IMG/VR virus record: IMGVR_UViG_3300021085_000089
Location: 1-36,787 of that record
Direction: 5' to 3' (one strand)
Source of the DNA: a virus
Lineage: Duplodnaviria > Caudoviricetes
Length of the DNA: 36,787 nt
Shown here one piece after another: positions 15,619-30,600 of the stretch. Position 1 is the first letter of the stretch. The number at the start of each line of letters is the position of its first letter. Both the position numbers and the translations under genes were made by a program. The notes under the pieces are model-generated. The model was not told the DNA's origin and searched no databases. It saw only the letters and a program-made list of their open reading frames with translations.

Positions 15619-18600
15619 ATGGCTGACAAAAAGTACAAAGATTTACCTAGTAATATTCAGACTACTACTGTTAAAAACTTTTTCGAAAGTACAGTAGAAC
15701 AATTATTCAGCAAAGCAAATGTTGAAAATATGTCTGCTTACATAGGTAGGAAAGAATATGATGATTACACCCCAGGTGAAGACGTTTATATTCCTCAAGA
15801 TACACCTAATAGGGAAAAGTATAGTCTAGAACCAGTAGTCAATAGTGTAGATCAACTTACTGGAAGAAGTTCAAACTTGATGTTCTATGATGACTTTTTA
15901 AATGTATTAAAAAGTTACGGTGTAGATACACAAAATCAAAACAATTTATTTAATTCAAATTTTTATAGTTTGCTACCTCCTATTGATGAGGACAAATTTG
16001 TAAACTTCCAAGAATACTTTTGGAGTCCAGAAGGACCACAAGCAATAGTAGTTAGTGGTACAGCAAGTCAACCTATAAACATTATAAAAGATATTATTGG
16101 TAAAAACACATTTACTGATCCATCTGGTTATACTTTTAAAAATGGTGCAGTTGTAGAATTTGCAGGCGACTATGTAATACCTCAGTCATATAAAGACAGT
16201 AGATACATTGTTGAAGGTGTTGGCGATAAGATTATTTTACATAACAAAGAGCAAAACTTTTCAGCAAGTTTCTCAACTCCGTCCTTTGCCCCATGGGATC
16301 AAGAAATAATAACAGGTGAGTCTAATTTAGTTACAACAGACATACCTCAAGGTGCAGTATCAGAAAGTATTATTGCATCACATGGTTTTCTTGATAATAA
16401 TACAGGTTTGTATTATTACTTTGACGCAGAAGGAGAACAATCTACAATACAAGTAAATTCTTTAGATGACACAGACTTAAACGGTAATCCTTACTGGCAA
16501 GGTTATGTTTCTGAAGCAGACGGTTTTTTAACTTATATAAATGATGGCTTATACGGATTTGATAATGAACCATGGGACGGTGGTAATACGCAGGAAACAC
16601 CAGATTACATTCTCATGCAACGTGCGGCACTAGATAAAAATATTTGGAGTAGAATAAACTTTTGGCATCACAAAAACAATTTTATAGATGCAGGTTCTGA
16701 ATTACCAGGTAAAGAATTTAGAGCAAAAAGACCTATATTAGAATTCAATAGAGATATTGAAGTATACAATTTTGGTAATACAGGTTTAGATTTTAATGCT
16801 GACTTAACTGCGGCAGGATACACAAAGTCTGAAATACAAGGTAGACCAATTTCAGCACCAATTGACAGTCAGGGTATTAAAGAAGAAAATATAGTTTTAA
16901 TACCAGATGATACAGAAGAAAATTCAAAATACATTTATATTGTAAAAGCATCAACAAGTAAAACAGTAGTAGGTAGTGTAACAAATAGTTCAACATTTAT
17001 TGTAAATGATATTAGTGACATTTATCAATATGCTACTATTACAGGTAGTGGTATTAGTTCATCTATTGTAGTAGAAGATATAGATAGTGATGGAATGATA
17101 ACAACATCGTCACCAGTAACACTAACAGACCAGCAAACCATCACATTCGGTGATAGGGTTATACTAAAGAGAAAACCAGCAGACAATAATCCAGCAGGTG
17201 CAGAAGATGGTGATAGTAATTTTATACCTTTTATACCTGAAGTTGGCAACAGTATTTCTATTTTGTTTGGTTCTCAAAACCAAGGTACTGAATACTATTG
17301 GAATGGAAAGAAATGGGCACTGGGCCAAAGAAAAACAAGAGTAAACAGTCCTATATTATTTAAAGGGTACGATAGTGCTAGAAATGTTGTTGATGATGAG
17401 CTAGTATATCCGCAATCATCATTTAAAGGAACAAAGTTATTTTCATACAAAGATGCAGTAGCAAATACACAGAATGATAGTGTATTAGGATTTCCTTTAG
17501 AATATAAAAACTTTAATAATTTTAGCGAAATTGTTTTTAATAATAATTTAAGTTCTGATGTAATTAGTTATGTGTCTTTTGGGGGTACAACAAACTCTTA
17601 TATAAATGGATACTTGTACTACAAACAAAGATTAAGTAACGGTAACATAGAATATAGAACTATGTGGAGAGGTCATAATTCTCCTTTTGAACAAGTTGTT
17701 GAAGATAGATATGAAATATCGCAGGCCGAAATAGATGCACAAACAGTAATATATAATGTATCAGCAGTTCCTACAGATAGTAATCTTATAAGAGTTTATA
17801 TCAATGGCAAACGTACTAAAACATTTACATTTAATAGTGTATTGACTGCTGTTCAATTTGATAATTTTAGTTTTAATATCAATGACGTAATTGATATAAA
17901 AACACAGACCAATACTGGTCATATATTAGGTGAAAACAGAAACGGTAGATATGAGATTCCATTAAGTTGGGATTCTAACACTGATAAAGTTGATATTCTT
18001 GAAATCAGTGAACCTCAATATATTGAACATTTTAAAAATTTAATAAACAACCAAGAAGAGATCGTTGGCGAGCCTCTTGGTAGTAGTAACTTTAGTAACT
18101 TAACTAAAGAAATACAATACGCAGACAAAATTGTGCAATCAGATGATGATTTACAAACTGCGGCTTTCTTAGTAAGTAACGATAATTTTAATATAATTGA
18201 CTCATTGAGATATAATGCTGATGAGTATATTAAATATAAAAATAGATTAAGAAAAGAAATCAAACGTTACATTGATGGTAACGACATACTTGGTTTAACA
18301 AACAGCAATATACTAGAACTTGTAATACAGAATGTTATAGCATACAATCCAGGTAAACTAGTATTTGATTACAGTTACATGTTAGCAATTGGTGATAGAT
18401 ACGACGAAGAAACAGTTGTAATCAATAACGTAAATCAAAAAGAATATGTATTATCAAGATACACTGATTTAACTAAAATAGAAAATGTAGTTTACGTTTA
18501 CGAAACAGATAGTGAAGGTAAAGATCAAATGCTATTGATTGATGATGACTATAGCATAAACAGTGAAAATAGTATTGTAACCTTAACGTTTAACGATACA

Positions 18601-21600
18601 TATAATTTAGTGTTAGGTAGTACTGTTAAAGCAAGATTCTTTAATACTAATAGAGAAAGTGCTCAGTGTCCACCAACACCAAGTGCAATGGGATTATATC
18701 CTGTATCTAAACCAGAAATATTTACAGATAATAGTTTTAATGAACCAATCACTGTAATACTCGGACATGATGGTAGTAAGCATGTAGCAGTAAACGATAA
18801 AGAAGATGAGATACTGTTAGAGTTTGAAAGAAGAATTTATAATACAATACTACAAGTCTACAGAGATAAAGAAGAACATCCTGACTTAAATGTATACGAT
18901 GTTCGACCTGGACGATTTAGAACAACAGGTTTTTCAAGAAATAATTTTTATAATATTTTAAGAGAAAGTTTTAACAAGTTTGTTACTAGAAACGAAGTTG
19001 ATTTTGTTACTAATGAATATTACAAAGAAGATGACTTTTGGACATGGAACTATAATAGTGGTGTACCAAAACCAGCATACTGGAGAGGTATATTCGAAGC
19101 ATGTTACGACACAGAAAGACCTCATACACATCCATGGGAAATGTTAGGTTTTACTAAGAAGCCAAGTTGGTGGGATGAACAGTATGGAACTGATTATGGC
19201 TCAACAAATAATGCATTATGGAAAGATTTGGAAGAAGGCATTATTAGACAAGGTACTAGAGCTAACGTAGAAAATGATAGATATAAAACTAGAAACAATC
19301 CATTTAGAAGAATAGGATTAAAACTTGAAATACCAGTAGATGCACAAGGTAACTTAATACCACCTGCAAATATAATTAGTACTACCTCAACTACTAAAAG
19401 TATTTCATGGTCTCAGAATGTTACAGGAACACCTAGTGCTAATGCAAATACATTTGTTGCTACAAATGGTCTATCTATAAGCGAATACAATAATTCAGGT
19501 AACACATTTATAAATGTTACCACAAATAACATTCCAGGACATGACACTGGAACATTCCCGTCTACAAATAATACAAATGAAATTGTAGACTCAGAATTCA
19601 ATTACAGTTTCCAATTTGCTACAGGTATAGCAACAGGAAACTTAGCATACTATAATGATTATGCAAATGCAACATCAACAAGTAATACTGCTATAGGTAT
19701 TGCAGTAAACGGTGCAATGATTACAAATGGTAATACAGGTATTACATTTGAAAGCACTAACAACTGGCATTATAATGCTTTGTTTAGAAATGATGTTGAT
19801 AGAGATACTGCTGGTGGTTCACCTGACAGTAATAATATTTACGGATATGTACAACCTAGTCCACAAACAGTTGGACTTACTAGTTGGGCAACAGATAGCC
19901 ACTCACCAATTGTTGGTTGGGCATTTGACGGCTTACCAATATACGGACCATATGGATACACCGATGGTGCCAATGCCAGTAGTGCTATCAAGAGAATAGA
20001 AAGCAGTTACGAATTAAGAAGTGATGTTAGATCTGATATAGCCAGTGGAGCAACAGGCTTGCCCACAGGTGAGTTTGTAGAAGATTTTGCTTACAATCCA
20101 GGCAGTGGTGATCTAGATCAATTTAACGGACGTTTTGGTGTAACTCCAGAATATCCTGCAGGTACATACTACTATGTTGCAACAATAGATGCAAACAGCG
20201 ACCCAGCATATCCTTATGCGGTTGGTGGTAAGTTTGTTGACAACCCAAACTTAGCAAATAATTTAACTGGTACAAAAACTCTAAATACAAACGGTTCTTT
20301 AACATACTCGTTAGACAATTCACAGTCAACAGTATATAGTGCTAACTCAACATTGGCAAGTAGCAACTGGAAATTTAGTGACGGTGCTCCAGTAGAAAAT
20401 GCATGGAAGATTTCAGAATACTATCCATTTGCAATTATAGAATTACTATTTCTTACCAAGCCAGGTAAGTTTGCCAGTGTGTTTGCAGAACCAGAGAAAC
20501 TTATTCGGGTTTCTGCAAACACCAACCAATTAGTTGACAAGAATACGTTTAAACGATACAAAGTTAAAAATGCTATTGTACATGGCGACATAAAGGCTGA
20601 CAGTAAAACATTATGTACTAACACTGGTTATACACAATTTATAGATTCATATTTGAGATTCCAAGGTCTAAATAATACATCTATATTTGCAAAACCATTT
20701 AGATCAGTCAACGGTAAACTAGGACATAAGTTTGCTGGATTTATTGACAAAGATACAATGACAGTATTCAGTGATACATATAGTACAACAGGTAATAGTT
20801 CAAGTTTAATATTACCTCAAGAAGATTTACAAATTGATATCCACGAAGGTCCTGTATCTACAACAAATAATTACACAGGTGTTCTCATTGAGAAAGTTAA
20901 AAATAATGGATACAAAGTATCTGGTTACAGTAGTTTAAAAAGATACTTTGATGTTATACCTAGTGATAAGACAGGTAGAAAAACCGAAGTTGCTGTAGGT
21001 GGCGATCCTGCAGACTTTAGTAACTACGATACATCTAAACAATACAATGAAGGTAACATAATTAAATCAGGTTACAATTACTATCGAGCAGTAGCAGTTG
21101 CTCCTGCAGGTACGGCAGTAACTAATACAGCAGTATGGCAAAGATTAAGTTCATTACCACAGGTAGGCGGAGCCGAAGCAACATATTATCTAGATGGAAC
21201 TGGAGATGTAGACAGAGTAGAGTATGGTACTGTTTACTACAACGTAGACGAATTATTTGATTTCTTAACCAGTTTAGGCAGATATCAAAAATCAATAGGA
21301 TATAACTTTGGTGAATTTAATACAGAAATAAATGATGTCAACGATTGGCTTTACTCAGGTAAACAATTCTTGTTCTGGAGTATTGGTAAATGGTCAACAG
21401 GTAACACATTAAATCTTAGTCCTATGGCAAGTAAAATATTGTTTGCTTCTACTACAGGAAGAATAAACCGAATTGCTGAATCATATAAAGGACAATTTAG
21501 TATACTGGATCAAGAAGGTAAAATGATTTCTCCAAGAGAATGTGAAATTATCAGAGAAGATAATATTATCACAATAGCACCAATTGATACAGAAAGACAA

Positions 21601-24600
21601 ATTTTTGGTATTACACTACATACCAATGAATTAGAACATAGCATGATTGTAAATAATAAATCGCAATTCGGCGATACAATTTACGATCCAATTTTTAATC
21701 AAAGACAAAAACGATTAAAAATAAAAGGCAAGAGAACTGCAAACTGGAACGGTACATTATCAAGTGAAGGTTTCATAATTACAGATAATGGCTTAAAGCC
21801 AAACTTTGATACACTTGCAAGTGATATAGGCAGATATAACGAAATTGGCTACACACCAGTAGAGAAACAAGTTTATGATGCAAGTAGAAGACAATATGGT
21901 TATCAAGAAAGAAAATATCTTAGAGAATTTGAATTAGTAGATGATAACCAATTTGATTTCTATCAAGGTATGATTAGAAACAAAGGTACCAGAGACAGTT
22001 TAGAAATTCTATTAAACAGTGATAAAGTTTTTATTCCGGGTAATGTTAGTATTTTTGATCAATGGGCATTAAAGATTGGTGATTTTGGCGATACTGAAAA
22101 CAAACAACGACTTGATATTAAAATTGACGAAGATGAAATAAAAAGTGAAAAAACACTTGTACAAATAGTATATCCAGAAAATATTGTCAGCATAGTTGAC
22201 GATGTAGAAGTATTGAGTAGAAATACAAAGTTCTATACAAAACCAATTCTTGAAATTGAATCACCACCTGCAGATATTCCAGGTAGTTTCACATACGGTG
22301 GAGGTACTACCGCTGAGGCTACTGTAAACTTATCTACTGATGGTACAATTAGTAACGTTACAGTTACAGAAAAAGGATATGGCTATACTATAAACCCATC
22401 TGTAACAGTTGTTGCGGCACAGTTGCTTACAGCAAACCTTACAACATATTTTAGTAAGCCTTATGCAATATCAAGTGATTATGTATCAGGCTCAGGCACA
22501 TTTTCAAATGCTTTAACAGGTATCCATATCACAGACCATTTTGCGCCTAGTGGTAATGCAAATACATTTATTGATTTATCAGGTGTTACAACACTTACTG
22601 GTGTAGCCAATGCAATCAACAGTACTGCTAACATTAGTGCTAATATTGTTGCAAGAGCAGTTGAGATTACAACGTCTACAGCAACAAATTACTTACTAGA
22701 AATTCAAGGTAATGATTTTGAACTTTCTGGACAAGGTAATAGTGCTATTGTTGACGATATCACAAACAAGTTTTTAGTAGAAGAAAGAAGATATCAGCCA
22801 AGACAACGTTACAGTTTCGAGACTGCAAACAGTACAGCACAAAGTGATATTATAGCAACAGTTGACGGCAATATAACTTCAGCAGGTAACGATTGGGTAT
22901 TCGACGAAGGTAGTAGAACAACTATAAGACCTACTAGTAGAATAACAGGCGGTAATATATCATTTAATTTTGTACCAGTATCAGTCAGTGACGGAGTATC
23001 TAACACTAACTTAATTGATATAGATAATAGAACAGTTATAAACGGAATATACCCACACTTAGATGTTTTCATTGACGGACAAAAACTAGACGATTCATTA
23101 GAAACTAGTAGTATTGCAGGTTATATTGTAAGCGAGTCAGGTGCTAACAATAGTATTACATTCTATGATGTAACAAAATTACCAGGTGGTGAATTAAATG
23201 AGAATTCAGTAATTGAAGTTGTTGAGTATGGTACTCTAGATTTTGAAGATACATATCAAGGTGATTTACCTGGTAGTGTTTTAAATATTAAAGTTACAGC
23301 AAATGACGCCTTAGCGGCCAAACTAAAACAAATAAGAACATTTGAAATTACACCAGATGTTAAAACAGATTCAACAATTTTAATAGACGTTGACGATGGT
23401 ACTAGAATGATACATAGACCAACTGATATGGCAACTAACGACTTATGGCCAACAACGTCTAGTGTAAGCCACTTAGGTATAGTAGATAGTAAATATACAC
23501 CATTACCTAACGCAGGATATATTTCAAAATACAATGTCAATTATCAAGCAATGGACTTAACAAACTTTGAACAATTATTTGACAGAACAACTAGAAAAGC
23601 AAGTAAGATTCCACAAGCAAATGATTTAATACATTTTGCCATTGACGAGCATACAGATTTTAATGCTTATCAATTAGTTGATACTAATTGTAATGTTGCA
23701 TACGTGGAACCTGGTCTAGAAAGTAATTCTATTGCACTTTTTACAAACAAAAGTTTACTGCAATTTACGGATGGGAACAGAGAAAATACTGCAAACAACA
23801 TAAACAAATACTATGATAATGTTGTAGCATTTAAACGTGATAAAAATATTTATAGTGCATACTACGATAATATGAGTTATGCAGACGGTGAAAAAATATT
23901 TGACGATACAATAATGGATCTAACTACACCGATTGGATTATTCCTTAACGAAGAGCAAGTTGTTAAAAACTCTTTTGATGTTACAGATATTACTTATACA
24001 AGACCTATGGTGCTTGGTATAGAAAAAATTGAACCTAATGTTAGTGGTAATGTTTTAAATATTCAGCCACATGCTTTATTCAATGAAGGTATTGTTGCAA
24101 ACGCAAACATAGTAGGTAATAACATTGTTGAAATTTCAATAGTAACAACACAGGAAACTGCTGATGGCACAGTATCATTTAGTAATCAATTTTCTGGACT
24201 AGCAAATGGTTTATATGTAAACTTTGTTGATACATCAGGTGGTAACTTAAACGGAAATAATTACGAGATAAGCAATCTAAATGTAACTGCTTTTACAACT
24301 AACGGAACACAATCAAGTACAGCAAATACTAGTGTACCAGTCATTTCTGAAGTATCAGGTACTGTAACTAATAGTAAAATAGTAACATTACTTGCGGCTA
24401 ACACAGACATTAGAAATGGAATGTCAGTACTTGGAACTGGTGTAGAAAATAATACAACAGTCAATCAAATATCTGGTACAACCATTACACTTTCACAAAA
24501 TGCAAACATATCAAGTGGTGCTAATATCACATTTGTAAGTCAAAGTATAATATATACAACAAGTGAATCTTCAACAACAACATTTACAATTGAAGATGCC

Positions 24601-27600
24601 ACAGTAAGTAGTAATGTATCAACTGCAAATTTAACAATAGGTAAAACAGATGGTTTAATAGTTACAACTGATTTTGATACAACAACACTAACACGTGGTG
24701 ATGATGCTAAAATACAAAATGCTGGACTGTTCGAAGGCGTACATAGAATCAATGATATTACAGTAAATGGTGTTGCTAACACTATTGCTATACCAGGCGA
24801 GTATGTTGCACCGTTAAGTGTTACAAGCACTTTTACAGGTGTTGATACTGCTAACATTCAATTAGCAACAGCAAACAGTTCAATTACAGATGGCATGTTG
24901 GTAACTGGTGGCGATGTTGCGGCAAATTGTAAAGTACTATATATAGATTCAGGAGGAAATATTATATTATCTTCTAATGCTGATAGTAGTGCAAATTCTT
25001 CAATAACATTTACTGAAGATAGATTTGGTAATGCTACACTGGTAGATAATTATGTCACAGTAACATTTACAGAGGATCATGATTTAACAATAGATTCAGA
25101 AGGACAAGATACAATACTTGAGCATGTAGTAAACATTGGATATGCAGAGCCTGGATACTACAACTGGGCCTGGAGAGCAAAAGGTGTTCCTACTGCAAAT
25201 ACATTATTAGTACAAGGATACGGATATGATCATCCAGTACCTATAACATATACAACAACCTTTACTGGAACAGGCAACTCTATTGTGATTGCTAGTGAAA
25301 ATGATTTTGTACAAAAATTTGTTTCAGTGTCAGGTGGCGATGTTGCTTCAGGAACAAAAGTAGTTTCTGTAGATGGCACAACAGTAGTGTTAGATGCTAA
25401 TGCAGATAGTAATGCAAATAACAGTATAACATTTAGTGCTAATGCAGTCTCAGAAAAACAATATTTAGAATATGGTAATTCTGCACAACTCACAGTAGGC
25501 AATCCAGAAGGAAATGCGTACTTGTCATCAACACATAGAGGTAAGATTTTTATAAATGGAATGCCAGTTGCAACTGCTTTTCCAATGTATTCCTCACAAG
25601 AGTATGTTGATGATATAAATTATCAATTACAAATTAAACAAGGTGCAGTAGCATTTTGTGGCTCTATACAAATTAGTATTCCTTTTGTGACAGCGGCACT
25701 AAAAGCCGCGGCAAAGGCGGGTTATAGCACAAACCCAGGACCAGGCACAGTAAATGTAGCCGGATTAGGTCAAGTACCCACAGGAACATTAGCCTCAAAG
25801 GTTTTTGGTAAAACACAAACATTTAGAAATAATCATCATCATGCTGGTATGTCTCTAAGAGTACAAAATGGTGGCTCACATGGTTTCATAGATGTAAATC
25901 CTGGCAATAACAATGGCGTAACTGCTTCGGGACCAAATGCCCCGGTACCAACTCCGGCACAAACTCCTGCACCAGTAACACAATCACAGGTCAGACAATC
26001 AACTATGAATATTATAGGTCCTTTTGGACCTCCATTAGAATATTTAGGAGATAATCCAGCAAGAGATTTAGCAAACGGTCATTACGGACCAAATGGTGAT
26101 TCTTTTACAGTGATGAATAAGCAACAAGAACATAAAAAAAATGCGGTTGATCCATTTGGAATGGCAGTTGCTGGCAGTTGGGCATCAAATGTGACTGTAA
26201 ACAAATTTGGTAAAATTCAGGGAATAACGTATCCAAGAACTTATTACAACTGGAATCCAGAAACAGGACAAAGAGGACTATTCATGTGGATGGGCACTTC
26301 TGCTGTATCAGGTTGGATCAATACGTGGATAGACCCAAATTCAGTAATAAAACAAAACACCGGTCCATCATTTGGACCGCAACAGCCGGCTAATTATGAT
26401 ACTTCCTCTGGTACTCCTCCGACTAACACAAACACTGGAACTAATACAAGTAGTACAAGTAGTGGAGCAAATACGCCTCCACCGACTAATACTGTAGTTA
26501 CTACAATACAGTCACCAGGTACTAGTGGTACCTATTCGTCAGCAGGTACTAATGGTACATCATTTGCTGACTTTAGTCCTATCATAGATATTACTCAAAA
26601 TGATACACCTTGTCCACCACCACCTAAAGATCCGCCACCACCTAAAGTACCACCTGTAAAAATGGTCACACAATTTATTAGTTATTCAAAAGGTAGAGGT
26701 GTAACAGAGAACACTAAATTTAAATTTGCTACTGATAATAACAATGGTGCAGGATGGCCTATTAAAATATTATTTGACATGTTTGGTGCTAAAGACAAAA
26801 TGACTGTATACCAAGGCACAACAGCAGGTAGCATGGGTAGAACTCTTGCAGGCACAGGTGTAGCAGGTACACTAAGTCAACTAACATCTACTGATAAAAC
26901 AGAATATAATAGAATAAAAACTGGTTCAAATAACAATCAATATAGCGGTATACAACCTTATACCACACACGGCAACGGCTTTGTGAAAGAAAATGGTAAG
27001 TTGAGTTTTACATATTATCCTGCTAACGGACAATACATAACAATTAAATTAGAAAAAGATGGCAGTTCAAGTACTGCATACAATTTTGCAATAGTATATC
27101 CATCAGACGATGGACAACCTTTACAAGGTAGTGCAACTGGTGTAGGTAATCCTAGTAATAATGCAAATCCAGGTGTAACAGCAAACGGAGCCGGTCCTTA
27201 TGGCAATGGCTTTATTCCTCCAGGTGGTTTAAACATTGGTGGTGGTTATGGTTCTGGTTTCCCGGCTGGTGGTGGTCAGGTAGGACCATTGGGTGGCAAT
27301 GCATTTTATAATTACTTCAATAACAGTGGCATAAGCATAAACAACATTTTAAGTGGTGGCATAAACGTAGGTGGAATAGGAGGCGGTACTATCAGTTATA
27401 ATCCTGTGTACCAAAATAATACTACATATGGTATCCCAAGTTATAATTCGGCAACGCCTGGATGGAGTCCTACATTGGGTTGGGTAGATGCACAAGGTAA
27501 TGCATGGAGCGGTACATTGATTACTGGTCCACAAGCAAACTTGTCTAATCCTAATCCAGGAAATCAAGGACAAGGTAACACAAATCATATTGGACTAACT

Positions 27601-30600
27601 GGACATACCCCTACAGGTGGTACTACAAATACAAGTCAGATACCAGTTTGTACACCTAAGCCTAGAATTAAAGTTTGTGGACAAACTAAATCAGTAGGAC
27701 AAGGTGATACGTTCTATATAAATGGTACATCAGTAACACTAAGCGGTGCTACTAGTATAGATGCAATAGCAAACGAAATTAGAAGTCAAGTAACAACAGT
27801 AACAGTCCATGTAACACCAGATGGATTAGGCGATAAATGTTTGACCATTAGAAACAAAACCGCAGACCCAATGGTAGTTAGAAATGGTTGTGCTGGTGGT
27901 GTGTACAAAGAAGTATTAGATTACACATTACAAAAAGATCAACAAATGTGTTTCAACAAAGAAGTTGTACAAGGACCAACAACACTTACAAATACAGCAA
28001 GTGGTAGTGGCAATGCCGCTATTGTTGGTACTAGTGTAGCATCATTTACTACTGACACAATTACACCAGAAGATAGATTGGCTAACAATGATAAGCAAAG
28101 TATTTGCTTAACTAAAGGCAGTGGCTATGCTGTAGGTGATGTACTGAGAGTTATGGGCGGTACACCTGTAGTTGGTTTGCCAGAGAGTCCGCTACAAGCA
28201 ATAACAGTAAACAGTGGCGGATTTGGATATGTCAAGGACAGCATACGAGTTATAATTGGACAAACAGGCGAACCTGGAACAGGAGCATTAGTTGATTATA
28301 CTGGTATTGAAGTTGATGGTTCCGGTGCAATTACGAAAATTCCACTGGCCTCCGGAGGAGATGGTTACAGCATGGATAATCCTCCAACACTAACAATTAT
28401 CGGTACTGGTAGAAATGCAAGTGCTTCAGGAAAACTCAAAGTAGAACATCCAGCAGTAGAAAAACCTGCAAGATTTATTGTGAACGATATTGGACCAGAT
28501 GGTGAAATTACAGATATACAAATTATCACTAGAGGCATATATAAAATATTCCCAAGTGATTTGGATAGTGGTGTACCATTAGAGTATGATATTAAAAGAC
28601 CTCAAGACAATACTGCAGATAGTGAGATACTTGGTAGCAGTGGTCATATAAACAATGCATACGGAGATGCCGCGAACAAAGGTGCAGGATTTGGTGCTAG
28701 AATATTCTTAACAGCAAGAGAAATTCCAAGTTGCTCAGAAAAAGGTAATGCTTTAACAGACTTAGGTTTACCAGGTGGAGTAATTTATGCAACAACTCCA
28801 GAACAACAATTAGCAGATGATATTTCTTTATTCTCAGAATTAGATGAGAACGGTAATCCTCTATTCTCGGCTGATGTTATATACAGAGATGCTGATGGTA
28901 ATATTATTCCAAGTGATGCTAACTTAGGTGATGATGGTCTTGGTAATAGTGGTTTAGGCAGAGGCGGAGCACCTAATGGTGCAATGATTGGTGAGTTAGT
29001 ATTAAGTTCTCCAACACTAATGGGTATTGAAATTGATGATAATTTAAACCCAGGTTTGCTAGACCTTCTAGGTGTTTTACCAGGAACATATTATTGTGGA
29101 CCAGGAGTTGAAGTTACAAACAATGATGGCTCCGGAGTAAACCCAGCAATTTCAGTTCAACAAACGGCTGAAGGTTTCCCATTTAATGGAGCGGCTGGAA
29201 GAGGCTTAAGAAACAAACCATGGCAAAATGGTTGGAACTTTAATATGAACTTGGGTAACATAACACAATCTCAAGATATGTTTAAATATGACATTACCAC
29301 AATCTCTGGTGATGCTATAGCATTTACACGTGATGATGTTGATAGACAATATGTTAAACCATTAGTATTAGAGAGTATGAGACATGATACTGACTCAGGA
29401 TTAGATCTAGCAAATATCAGTAATGCATGGATTGACAGTTACGGTACAACAGGTGGCTGGGCATACTTAGAAAGTAATACAGTTATTAGGCAACAAGAAA
29501 AATTAGCAGATATTAAATTTGTTAAAGATGTATTCACATACGATGAAGATACAGCACAAAAAGAATTTGATTTAAATCTATATGATCCATTTAAAGGAAT
29601 CATACCTGGATTCATTGACAAAGAAATAATATTCAAGTCTGAAAACGACCCGGTAGTATATAATCCTGCATATACCAAATTTGGTAAACAGCAAGTTGGT
29701 GCTACATGGTGGAATACCAGCAAAGTTAAATATGAATGGTACGAGCAAGGTACTGGTACATATGACATATACGGATATAACAACGAAGAAAGAATAAGAA
29801 ATTGGGGTAGAATGTTCCCTAATAGTGAAATTGAAATTGCTGAATGGATTGAAAGTTTACTAACACCAGAAGAGTATAATGTACAAAATATTGGTGATGG
29901 TATTCAAGCACTTTTACCTAGTGATGGTTCAGCACCTAACTTTATATTAGAAACCAGAGCAAATGAAAAAGGTAAACTAACAGATTATTACTACTTCTGG
30001 GTCAATGGTAAAACTACAGTTGATGCTAAAGCATTTGAAAATTACGGCAGAGAAAAAAGCACACAAGAAATTGTAAACTTATTAAGTAATCCTGAAGGTC
30101 AAAGAATGCCATACTTTGCAATGGTGTCGCCAGAAGCAATGGGTGTAAACATGTTGGGAGATCTGATTAAGACAGAAAACAGCATACTAAGTCTAAACTA
30201 TACTAGACGACCTGAAAACCATTCACAAAAACATACTTCATGGCAGTTAGCCGGTGAAGGCGACAAGAACAGTAATATACCAAATGAGTTGAGTGTAAAA
30301 CTAATTGACAGTTTAGCAGGTATAAATGCAATGGCTGAAGAAGTTCCTGCAAAAGGTTTAAGTGAAGCAGAACGTTATGGTTCATCTTATAGACCTAGAC
30401 AAACAATGTTTAAATATATCAAAGAAGCAAGAAAGCAAATGTTTAATTCTTTAAACACAATATTTAAAGAATTAAAAATGGATTCTTCATTCGATGATTG
30501 GAGAAATAACTTACCTGCATCATTAAATTATTTAGATACAGTAAATTGGTTTGAAGAATTAAGAACAGACAAAGTAAGCAATTCTAAAATATATTATAAC

